Source: Callorhinchus milii (taxonomy: Eukaryota). Taken from it: a stretch of 64,000 bases of DNA. The notes under the pieces are model-generated. The model made no database searches and had not been told where the DNA came from. It was given only the letters and a program-made list of their open reading frames with translations. Below, one piece after another: positions 1 to 11,310 of this stretch (within the stretch, counting starts at the first letter, position 1; each line of letters begins with the position of its first letter). Location of the stretch: assembly GCF_018977255.1 (NCBI RefSeq), contig NW_024704742.1:23810001-23874000 (forward strand). The letters are read 5' to 3'. The position numbers and the translations under genes are program-made.

Positions 1-1164
1 AACCAAGGTGCTACCTACATTACAGATCCCGTGACACTGTTTGAAAAAAAGGAGCATCTTGTAGTAACCTGGCCAAAGTAAATTTTTCCTCCATCTCACG
101 GCAGTGTGTGTGACCTGGCTAAATAACTGCTGTGTTTGGCCGTAGAAAAATTGATGATACCTCACGTGATTACTTGTGAAGCAATTGGAGATACGTTAAC
201 ATGATGAGGTGCCTTAAATATCCAGTGCTGAAGTCAGAGACTGTCACAATTAACGTGAGATACTTGTGTACCATTTTACTTTATTTATTTCTAGTGTTCT
301 GAAAATTACTGCAGCGGTTCCCAGGATAATCAACAGAATTAACCTCTTTTGGGATTACCAATCCCCTGGATCATTCCTAAAAATCTGTATTTCAGCTGGA
401 AATGGGATCAGCTGTGATTTTTCCATAGTATTTCAGCTCTGATCGAAGTGTACACCAGCATGATTGAGTTTGGAGCAATGGGAATGGCCGGAGGAGCTTG
501 GGAATACCTGTTGCTTTCCTGATACATTAGAACACTAACACATAAGGTTCCTCAGTAATGCTAAGCCTAGCTTTCATTTTACATGTTGATATCTGTTAGA
601 TCAGTACAATTCCCAACCTTCCCAGGAGTTGTTCCATTAACAAGTGGCCTTGAACCACCTCAGTCATTTCTCGCCATAGATCTATGTTGTGTGAAATGAG
701 CCATATTTAGGTATAACTGAATACTGAAAATCATTTTGCCTGAAAATCATTTTTTAAAATTTAAATCATTTTTTTAATATAACCTGGTTACCATAAATAG
801 AGGGAGGGTAAACACACACTAAACCTTCAAGGACTTAATGCATTGTAAACTCAAGGATACTTAGGTAAAATTTCTAGTTATGGAGATTTTTTTTTACACA
901 GTCATGTGATGCCTTTCACTTTGACACAAGTGGCTCCATCACAGGAAATAGTGATTACATTTATGCAACTTGGCGCATCAAATGTAATTTGAATTACACC
1001 TTGTTATGCAAAATAATGCATAAATAGACAGTCCATTTGCATTATTGAAAATGGGTTATTCCCCCGTGTTGTAATTTTGCAGGTGGGTGCGAGAACTGAA
1101 AATTGTTCGATAATAAAATAAATTAATTGTAGAAGAATATGTGTGTTGTGAGCATTGTATCATT

Positions 1165-1480
1165 TTGCAGTCAGTTGAAATGTGAACACCAACATCCCAT
1201 GTGAGAGCAGTTGAGCTATTCTGTGTCGGAAACATTTTCTAAGTTCCTTAGGACATTTTTTTACTCCCTTGCTTCTTTCAAGGCCCGTCTCAAAAGAAGA
1301 CCTTCCTCCTCGATCGTGCCTTTGGTCATCTTCCCACCCCCACCTAATCACACATTCTGCCCTCCACCCCTTTTGATAATTCCAAACCCCAGCTCGGGTG
1401 CAAACCTTCACTGTCCAGCGCCTTGGGACGTCCTCCCAATGTGAAAGGCGTTACATAAATGCAATTCATGGTCGTTGTTG
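1165..1480 (+). mobile_element. L2 LINE 3' end
   Basis: ttcaaggcccgtctcaaaag…cagcgccttgggacgtcctcccaatgtgaaaggcg tail shared with other L2 copies. Confidence 0.75.
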
Positions 1481-1703
1481 AGAAGCAATACTGTGTATAA
1501 AATGGGACTGTCGTGATGGTTTTGCCAGTTGGTTGCAAGTGGGTGAGGTTGCGTTTCCTATTGTATACAGTACCCCACTTCACCCACTGTATAAACAAAA
1601 ACAATTTGTTACACAGCTGGGAATGAAACTCAACAAAATCACAGTAGGTTCAGAGATCAGGTGGATATGGAGTAGCCTTGCCCCAAGGTTCTAAGGGATT
1701 ACT

Positions 1704-2735
1704 TTTTTTTTGAAAATATATATTTATGTATAAATATAATATTTAGTACAACAGAAATCCAAAACAAACACAACATCTTCTGTTACAATTTTTTCCTTTC
1801 CTCCCGACAAAAAGAACATTCTGTTGTTTACGGTTCATTCCTTCACTGCACACATAGGTTGTGCACATGTTTTTTGGACACTCCCTTTAACACAGTTGGG
1901 AGTTGTCCCTGTGTACACCACATCCATGTTCACGCCCACACACATACGCTGATAAGGTGCACTTGCCTCTTTCGGAAGGCGCCCGATGTGCACCGCAAGT
2001 GCACATGTTTACCGTACATCCATTTTCGGGACGCTCTTTGGTTACATCTCGAGCGTCGTTCTGCACCATTACTTCAGTCAGTTTTGGGTGAGCTTGTGGG
2101 CTACCCGGTGGGTGCCCCCTGAGCGGTTTGTGCCGGAGCAGCTCCTGCCGAGATCAGGCCCCATCTGGCCTTTGCCGTGGTTGAGCAGAACTTCAGCTTG
2201 TCCCTCAGTATGTAGCCACTGATCTTAGTGGGCGCGAGCCTGAGGCAGGCTCTCACCATCCCCTAGTTCTGCAGGAGAGCGCCAGGTTTTGGGAGTGCCA
2301 AAGAGCCTCCTTTACTGAGTTTATGATCGCCAGGCACACTCGATGTGGATTTTGCTGTAAGTGCCCGGGAACAGGCCATACAGCACCAAGTGCCGTGACA
2401 GCGGGTCTCCAGGGACAAACCGCGAGAGAATCCATTTTATCTTTTCCAAACCGTCTTTGGCAAACAACACTCCAGGAAGAGGTGGCCCACGGTCTCCTGT
2501 CCCCTGCAGCCGGCCCGAGGGCAACATGCTGACTGGCCCAGACCTCGACCATTCAAGAAACCCCCGAGGGGGCAAGAGCGCCCTTTTATCGCCAGCCAGG
2601 CCATGCCCTGATGGTTCTAAGGGAGTACTGTGGCAGGCGATGACAGCACTTTCTCATTGGGACCAATGGTTCAGCTTCTCCTTCCTCTGGGCTAGAGGTT
2701 GCGCTCCTCACCTTTCTAAGGTGTGCGCAGGTTAA
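1704..2735 (-). mobile_element. Tx1-clade (L1 superfamily) non-LTR retrotransposon, 5'-truncated and frameshifted ORF2 C-terminus plus 3'UTR
   Basis: Minus-strand fragments AWLAIK, LSRFVPGDPLSRHLVLYGLFPGT, IINSVKEALWHSQNL and YILRDKLKFCSTTAKARWG resemble the Tx1 ORF2 end; T-run at 1704-1711 is the poly(A) tail. Confidence 0.75.
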
Positions 2736-2767
2736 CTTGCTCATTACGTTCACGACAAACTCTTACA

Positions 2768-2870
2768 ACAAAAGCAGAAGTGACTGGGAACACTCAGCAG
2801 GTCAGGCAGCACCTATGGAGAAAGGAAAATGAGTCAATGTTTCGGGTCCACGACCCTTTCTCAGAACTCT
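2768..2870 (-). mobile_element. Penelope-like element terminal-repeat fragment with decayed hammerhead motif
   Basis: aacactcagcaggtcaggcagc...gtttcgggtccacgaccctttctcagaact; near-identical copy at 59591-59692; hammerhead topology on the minus strand. Confidence 0.6.
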
Positions 2871-3149
2871 TACTGTGTGCAATGAGTCAAGTGAGTCAGT
2901 GAGTGCACAGCCCTTCCCCGCAGCTTCTTGGCAGGAGTTCAGCAGAGCACGGTCTGGATTCCTTTTCGTTTTCAGTCCACGGATTTTTTGTTTTTTTAAA
3001 AAAAATGTTTCAAAATATCTGATTAATTTTGTTTCATATATCTACCTGTCTGTATATATCTATATATATTAAAAAAATCACAAATATTTCTGAGGGTTTT
3101 TTTCCAAACTCCAGTTCCTCCCTTTGCTTTCCTTTTGAATAGTCATAAC

Positions 3150-3547
3150 TCAAGAGAGAGAGAGAGGACTTCTAATTTGGGTGAGAAGAGGAAGTGACTT
3201 AGTTGTGTAGTGCTGAGCATTATTGCAACCACAGAGGCAAGTTATAGAGAGCCTTTCCTTTTCTCTCTCTCTTTCTCTCTGTCACACACACACACACCTA
3301 CTGTATATCCACCTGGCAGCAGATTGGCTTTCTGATCCAAGTGAGAGAGAGAGGGAGGGAGGGAGGGAAAGAAAGAGAGAGAGAGAGAGAGAGGAGGAGG
3401 AGGAAAATAAACTATATAGGATGGTATCAAAGACCATCAGAGCCTGGCAAATGCACTGACCCAGAGAGTGAACAGAGAGACAGACCAGCAGAGAGAGAGA
3501 GAAAAAATCTTGACACTGTTTGGAGCTCCTCCACTGTTTGGGTAAGT
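3150..3547 (+). promoter_or_regulatory. Candidate FHIP1A promoter and first exon
   Basis: TE-free, GA/CT/CA-microsatellite-rich block with an ETS-like GGAAGTG (about 3190) and a reverse CCAAT (gattggc, about 3322), ending in consensus donor GG|gtaagt at 3541/3542. No transcript data. Confidence 0.35.
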
Positions 3548-6212
3548 TTAAATGTCCTGCTCTCACTCCTCTCTCTCTCTTTTTTTATTATTGTTGATTG
3601 ATTGATTTAATTTATTTTATTTATGGAGATCTATCCAGGCTTGAGCCGGGTGGGGGGTGGTATTAAGGGTTTTAAAGAGCTGGGCTTTTCTCTTGCTAAT
3701 CCCCAGAGCAGAAGCAGAGCAGTGAGTGAGTGTGTGTGTGTGTGTGTGTGTGAGTGAGTGAGTGTGTATTACGCAGAGGGGAGAGCGCAGTGGGGCAGAG
3801 TGTTTGGGGAGTGGGGGGTGGATCTGGGGTCCCAACCTTCTGGATCTCCCTCAAATCCAGCTGCCAAGGCTCTCCTCACCTTACCTGCAAGTTTGAAGAA
3901 AAGGGAATAGAAGCAGAGTTCTCTCTTCTCTTTTTTTCGTGCAAAATGCAAAAGGTACAGTGCATAATAATAATCATCATCATTATTATTATTATTGTTG
4001 TTATTATTGTGATTATTACTGGAATGCTTGCTTGGAGCAATGTCATTCCTCTTCTCCCAAGGTGCTGTCGCCTTGTGTTTAAAGCAGATCGGAGCAGAGC
4101 GAGGATTTAGTGGAGAAATTGGAGGTGGGGGAAGGTTAAAGAAGTTTTGCACAGCATTTGTAGAGGCACTGCTGGATTGCAGGATAATTTATCCTTCACC
4201 TGGATGCAATGTTAACCCTTCTGGATAGCAATCAATAGTGCAGATCTCTGGGCTACTCCAGGTCTATACTATACAATGTTTTTTTTTGGCACTGATGGAC
4301 AAAGAGAGGAGGTGGGGGGAGAGAGGAAAATTCAGAGTGGGATGTAATTTGACCCCACATTACTGTACTACTGTATGTTTTTCCAGTGCAGTACACTCCT
4401 TTTTTTTTTGTTTGGTTCAGGTGAATGTAACAAGATCTTTTAGCCATTCGGAATAAAGCTAATCCTTGTAACTCCCACTACTCTGTTCAAATCGTACCTG
4501 GGACTGAGAGGAAATCAACATTTGGGATACACTGTAGTATTTTAACATATCAGGAAAGTACAGTATTATTGTTGCTCTCAGTAGATGGGTTCATTGCAAA
4601 ATATCACCTGATGTTGGCTCTTGGGATGGAGCTCCAGTCGTTGTTAAGGGGATATGTTCTGGTCTGGTCTGGGAGTTATATAATCACCGTTAACCATTTC
4701 ATGTCAGGGTTCTTCCACACCTGAATTCAGGGCGATCGGGTTACACCCTGTCTGGCTGTGGGTTTTTGTTTCAATGTCTTGGTTTTGGAACAGTGCTGAT
4801 TTACTCCTTTCTACGACTCTTTCCGCTTTCGCATTCACCTTTTTCAAAGCAAATCAAGAAAATTGGTCCAAAATTTTGGTAATGTGCGAAATACACAGTC
4901 GCTACACATTACAGTAAATCCTGCGAAGCGCTCTGAGACGACTTCCTGACGTGAAAGGCGAAATATCAAATGCGAAGAATGCTGATTGTTATTGTATTGA
5001 AGGTTTTTAAAATACACTTTTAGCGGCTCAAAGTGGTAAAATATGATGAAACGAATAAGTGGGGAATAATCCGAAGCAGCCAAGTTCTCGCTAATATTTT
5101 TTTTAAACCAGGTTAAATGTTTTTACGTCCATTTATAATTTGTCTCGTGAATATTGTGGGTTAAGTCAAAACAAAAGCATGACCTCTACACTAAGCTGGA
5201 CAAGCTGCAGATCATCATGGTGCTCAGTGGGTAGTTCTGAATCTATCTGTCTCTTACAAGCTTAACACTGGTAAGATCTTTTTGAATGTCTTCACTAGTT
5301 ACTTTCATGTGTACCTGCTAATCACTTATGAGAGGGTAGAGACAGTTAACGTATAAAGGACTGGAGAGAGCAAACTTTCACAGTCAGCATTAAAAGGTTA
5401 TCTGTGTTTCGATATGGTGTCTTGGCACGTCAATTCAATATCACCCCCAAAACAACAATGAAATGTAGTAGATTGCTGCAAATCGAGATAACTGATGACT
5501 TTGTGTCTGCTTCACGGCTCCAGGAAGTAAAAATCCAGGAAGCAAAGTTGATGAAATTTCATGCAGAAAATATATAATGGTACACATCGTAATCAGCAAA
5601 TTGTTCCCCTCCCCCCAGCACTCTTTAAAATTGGCAGCGAGATTGAGACTTTGTTCATTCATCCATACAGTACAGTGCTCAGTGAGTGAGCGAGAGAGAC
5701 TCCTACTGAGTAGATAGCACTGTATAGTGAGGGAAGAGAAATGTCTGGCACTTTTGGGAAGGCCTGGGAGAGAGAGAGAGAAGGGTGTGGTGTTACTGTG
5801 ACAGCGTAACTCCTGGTGAAGGATATTTTTAATTATTGCTGTACATTGCATTTTTGTGTGATAACCTGATTTCCGCACTGTTTAAGAATAATATTCTTTG
5901 CCTATGCCTTATCGTGTTGTAACATCTGAAAGCACTTCACAGTACTTACTGTAAAGTGTAGTGACTGTGTACTTGTAGGTGAAAACGGTTGGCAGTTTGC
6001 TCACAGCATAGTTTTGTAAACAGCAAGAAAGTGAATGATCAATTTAAATGGAGGATTTGTTGGCCAGGCCCTGGGAAGCTTAGGATTTGAATAGTCTCAT
6101 GATTTATTAATGTCCACTTGAGTAGCTAGACTTGGTTAAACTCTCAATGCTTCGTCTCATCGAATTTTTCATATCCACGAGAAGGCCAGTCTCTGTTAGT
6201 GTAGATATCGAG

Positions 6213-6542
6213 TAATAATAATAATAATAATCCTTGCATTTGATATAGCGCTTTTCACGTCGGGAGGACGTCCCAAAGCGCTTCACAGAATATACTGTAA
6301 AGTGAATTGTCTGTATATTTGTGGGTGAACGCGGCAACCAAGTGCGCACAGCAATGTCCCACAAACTGTCGTAGATTGAAAATGACCAATTTAATTATTG
6401 TTTTGGGTGTTTGGAGGGATTATTATTAGGCTCTGTGTGGAGTAAGGAAACTTGCCCAAGGTTTCGCCCTGACCTGCCTGGAATTGAACTCAGGTCTCTC
6501 TCTTGCAAAGCGAGTGCTCTAACCACTGAGCTACAGGACTCC
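6213..6542 (-). mobile_element. tRNA-derived SINE with L2-type tail, full length
   Basis: A box (tagctcagtggttagagc), B box (gttcaattcc), body, then gcgctatatcaaatgcaaggattatt tail. Confidence 0.9.
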
Positions 6543-9097
6543 ACAGTGATAACCCCATGATCACACAACCCAACATATCAACACCGAGAGACACATATGT
6601 TTTGTATAAATGGGACTTTGTTTTCTGTCAAGTTTTACTTTCACAACACAATTCAACCCAGAGCCTGAGGTTCAGTCCAGTGGCAGCTGGTGACCTTTTC
6701 GACAGGTGTGGTGATCTGAGCGTGTCTAACCAAGCTATCTTACTATCAAGGCACGAGGCTCTTCACACGCGCGAAATGTCTTGGCCTCTCTATGGCTGGT
6801 CTTGTTTCCCTCACTGCTCTTACAATGCTCACTAGGTGAGGCAGTGCCTCATTTAAAAAAATCAAATATATATTTATTTGCAGATAGAATGTATATTCGC
6901 ACGCACCTCAAAGAAACCATTCCCGGAACAGAAAGAAAAACGCAACCCATTACTTTCCCTTTACAGTACGCAAAAGCCCTTGTGGCGGGCGGGAGGGGTT
7001 TGCCTCTGCACACTCCACTTTGGTGGAAGGACCAAGGCTTGTGGCTTTAATTGACGAGCCCCCACTTGTTCAGAGGATAGAGTGGAAACATCCCTTTCAC
7101 ATCTCACTGAACACAAGCACTCCTATCACGGCCCATGTTTTATCCAATGTTCATACTCTACAAGTGCACTGCATTTGCTGTACATTGCAAATGTTGTGCG
7201 ACAGTCTTTATGATGGTGTCAGGGAGACTTGTGCGAGTTCTAGCACTGGGATGATTTGTGCCCTGTTTACATGAAATGAGCTTGTGTTGCAGACCGAGAC
7301 ACTGCAGGCCAGAATGGTGCCCAATGGTAAGTGCAAGCTTAAGATTGAGGTGACACTGGTGTGCCTTTAATATGAACTATTGGTTTCTAGGCAACCATTT
7401 GAGTCAGGCTGTCAAAGTCACTGTACGCTACCCTCCACTCCTGCCAGACGAATTCTTAAAAGTCCAAGGTCTATGTATCCGTTGCCAGCGCCTGGGTTGA
7501 AATGTACTGGAGTTGGACCAGATGACTTGTTGTGTGGGCCATTAAGTCTGTCTTGGCTTTAATGTCTTTTGTTCATCTACCGCTTGCACACCCAAAATCA
7601 CTAGATCTCAGATAAGGTTGATATTAAGCATGTGGTGTTTTTGTAATGAAGTAGTGTGTATATGGCTTTATGGGTTCAACATTCTGGGTGCTGTTATTTT
7701 ATGTGGAATTCAATGTTATCAAAGCACAGTATATATTTAATTCAGACAGAGTTCCTGAGTATTGCAGGCTATGACCCTATGTCTAGGTACCTCACTGGTC
7801 GAACTACCTCTGTAAAATCTGAATGTATCAACCTTACATTGCGAGGGATGCTTCCCTCTTGAAAGCCAGCATTAATAGACGCTGGCCAAGAAGTAAGGCA
7901 TTGTAACGTTTCCAGGAGAAAACTTCACTGCAGGAAATTGGTGTATTTTTGTGATCGTGCCTGTGATAATTCTTAAGTTTTGATATGTCAATTTTCTTGA
8001 AAAACTAAAAAAAACACAGAACAACAGGCCATCCATTGCACATAGTGGACTGGGGAATCTCAGCTGTTTGTTCACAGCACCACGTGAAAGAGGTACTTAT
8101 TCTACACTGTTTACTGTAAACAGAACAGCTCTGCTAGAGGCGTCAAAATCTTGTTCCAACAGTTGGAACAAGTTAGAATTGAAATGGATGACTGTTTTCA
8201 GGGAAGTCTAGTATGTTGGATGTGTGCACAGTGTGGTGTGAAAACGCCTGGTATAGAGGCTTAATTGTAATAGTTAGAAAGCCGACAGATGAGATAGAGA
8301 GAAGGAAGCAAGTCTGCATTGAGAGATAAGAGAGGGAAAGACTGCGCTTAAATAAATTCTGGATGGTGATAAACTTTGAAGTTGCTTTTGAAAACTAGTA
8401 AGCATCTTTTTGAGAACTAGCCACTGGTGATACAGGCTTATTGCTCTGACAAAATGAAAAGTTCAGCTACGCACGTGTTTGGGAGGACAACTGCAAACCA
8501 CCCAGCAATGAGCTTTCTTTCTGTAGGGAGAGAAAAAAACCCACAGTGTTTCGTGTGGCATCTGGAAAAGCAGCTTAGTAATACAGGGCACGCTATTACT
8601 CAGAACTGCACTTTAATCCTCTCAGCCCTTTACAATTTGTTTGCTTTTCACCGGGGATGAGCTTTTTTTTTAATGCTTGTGAATGTGAGGGTTGTAAGTG
8701 CTTGTGAATTTAATTTAATTTTTCAAAACCATCTCACTTCAAGCAACCTCGGGTCAAACCTTGAAGCGACGGATTCTGTCAACCTGGGAGGAATTGTAGG
8801 ACAATACATTTTACTTGTTTTTGCGGATCTCAAGAATAATAATCCTTAAGAATCTTTGCATTTGACATAGCATCTTTCATGGCACTATTTGAAAAGAAAG
8901 GGAGTTTTCACCAGTATCCAAGCCAACTTGGTGATACACTTCATGGCTCTTTGTGGAACACAGTTGTGCTCAAATTGGCTGTCGCGTTTTACACACAAAA
9001 ATTTACAATCAATGCACTTTACAGTATATCTTGTGAAACACTCTCGACTAAGTGATGAGGCGCTATACAAAAGCAAGGATTATTATTAAAACTACAA

Positions 9098-11310
9098 ATT
9101 CATGAACAACAGCACCCCAGGCTCCTCTCTCCATCACCAACCGGTTCCTCCGCCCATCATCTCATGCCTCACCATCCCCTCCTCCAACTGCGAGGAGATG
9201 CTGGATTTCCTCGAAACCAAAGTGGATCCGCTCAGCTGCCTCTGCCTTTCCGTCTACTACCTCCTCCCCATCTCCCCCTCCCCTGGTGCCTATCCATCCC
9301 TCCCTCCACACCTTTGAACCTATCTCTCCCTTCTCTCTCACTTCCACCATAACCCACATGAAACCGACTACCTCGTCCCTTGACCCCATCCCTACCCCAT
9401 TCCTTACCTCCCAGCTCCACTTCTTTGCCCCTCTACTCATAGACATCATAAACCTTTCCCTGTCCACTGGCACCATTCCCACGCCTTTAAAAATGACCGT
9501 CATCATTCTTATCCTTACAAAACGCTCTCTGGACCAATCCCTGCTCTCCAATTACTGCCCCATCTCCAACCTCCTTTTCCTTTCTAAGGTCCTGGAACGA
9601 GTCATTGCTTCCCAGCTTTGCACCTTCTCTCCCGCCACTCTCTTCACGAACACCTCCAATCAGGTTTCTGTGCCCCCCACAGCACAGAAACAGCTCTGGT
9701 CAAAGTGACAATTGACATTCTGTCATCTGCGACCAGGACTCCCTCTGTCTCCTCATCCTTCTTGACCTCTCTGCTGCCTTTGATACCGTTGACCACTTTA
9801 TCCTCTTCCACCGCCTCTCCTCTCACCTCAACCTTCATGGTTCTATCCTTGAGTGGTTCAGATCATACTTCTCACACCGTCTCCGCTTCATCTCCACAAA
9901 CAGTTTCTCCTCTAGCCCCCCACCATCTAATGCGGTGTACCTCAGGGTTCTGTCCTTGGCCCCCTCCTCTTCAATATCTATATGCTCCCTCTTGGTGACA
10001 TCATCCACAGACATGGTCTCAACTGCCACGTGTATATAGATGACACCCAACTCTATCTTTCTGGCTCTAGCCTCAACTCCAGGAACACTGCTGTCAGACA
10101 TCAAAAAATGTAGAGACTGTAGCTCAGTGGTTAGAGCACTTGCTTTGCAAGCGAGAGACCTGGGTTCGATTCCCGGCAGGGCGAAACCTTGGGCAAGTTT
10201 CTTACTCCACATGCCTGATAATAATCCTCAAAAAAAATTAATTGGTCATTTCAATCCACAACTGTTTGTGGGACACTCCTGTGTGCAATTGACTGCCGCA
10301 TTTCACCCACAAATATACAGTCAGTTTACTTTACAGTTTATTCTATGAAGCGCTTTGAGACGTTTTGAAGACGTGAAAAGCGCTATATCAAATGCAAGGA
10401 TTATTATTATTATTAAGTCCTGGATGAGAGCTAACTTTCTACAGTTGAACGTCAACAAGACCTAGTCTCTTCCGTCAGCGCCTCCACACCTCAGGCACTG
10501 ACAGCATCACCATCCAAGATGCACACTCCACCTCACTGAGCCAGTCCAGGACTTTGGCATCTTGTTTGACCCTCAACTATCCTTTCTACCCCACATCCGT
10601 TCCATGACCCGCTCTGCCTTCCCCCACCTCCACAACATTGCCCGGCTCCGCCACTGTCTCACACCGCAGGCCGCTAAACCCTAATACACATATTCATAAC
10701 ATCCAGGCTTGACTATACAAACTCCCTGCTTGTCGGCCTCCCCAACTCCACCCTCCATAGGCTGCAGATCATTCAGAACACTGCAGCCCGTATCCTCTCC
10801 CGCACCAGGCTCCGTGTCCCTATCACTCCCATCCTCGCCCAACTCCACTGGCTTCCCATCGCACAGAGGATAGAGTTCAAGATCCTGGTCCTCACCTTCA
10901 AAGTCCTCCATAGCCTTGCTCCCCACTAGCTCTGCGACCTCCTAACCCACTATCATACCAACCTGCCCGCTCCCTCTGCTCAACAGGCTCCGGCCTGCTT
11001 CATGTCCCCTGCCTCATCTGTCTCACTATTGGCTGGTGGGCCTTAAGCTTTTTTGCCCCCAACCTCTGGAACTCCATCCTGCAGTCCCTCCACCTCGTCC
11101 CCTTCCTTGCCTCCTTCAAGACCCGACTCTTCGACTGCGCCTTCGATCACCCTTCTTCTCCCCCTGCCCTCCACCCTGCCCAATCCCAACCCCCAGCTCG
11201 GGTCCTAGACACTGATTGCCCAGCGCCTTGGGACATCCTCCCGATGTTAAAAGCGCTATACTGTAATATAATAACATAATGTACTATAATGTAATTTTAT
11301 TGTTGTTGTT
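9098..11310 (+). mobile_element. L2 LINE, decayed RT ORF to 3' tail, interrupted by a SINE at 10113-10414
   Basis: RT motifs [80 protein letters not shown] with frameshifts; L2 tail at about 11220-11310. Confidence 0.9.
10113..10414 (+). mobile_element. tRNA-derived SINE nested in L2
   Basis: Same family; L2 sequence resumes on both sides (gacatcaa…aagtcctggatgag). Confidence 0.9.

Noticed and set aside
9162..10926. Multiple ORFs with reverse-transcriptase motifs
   Set aside because: Frameshifted L2 relic, not an active RT or a retron-like system.
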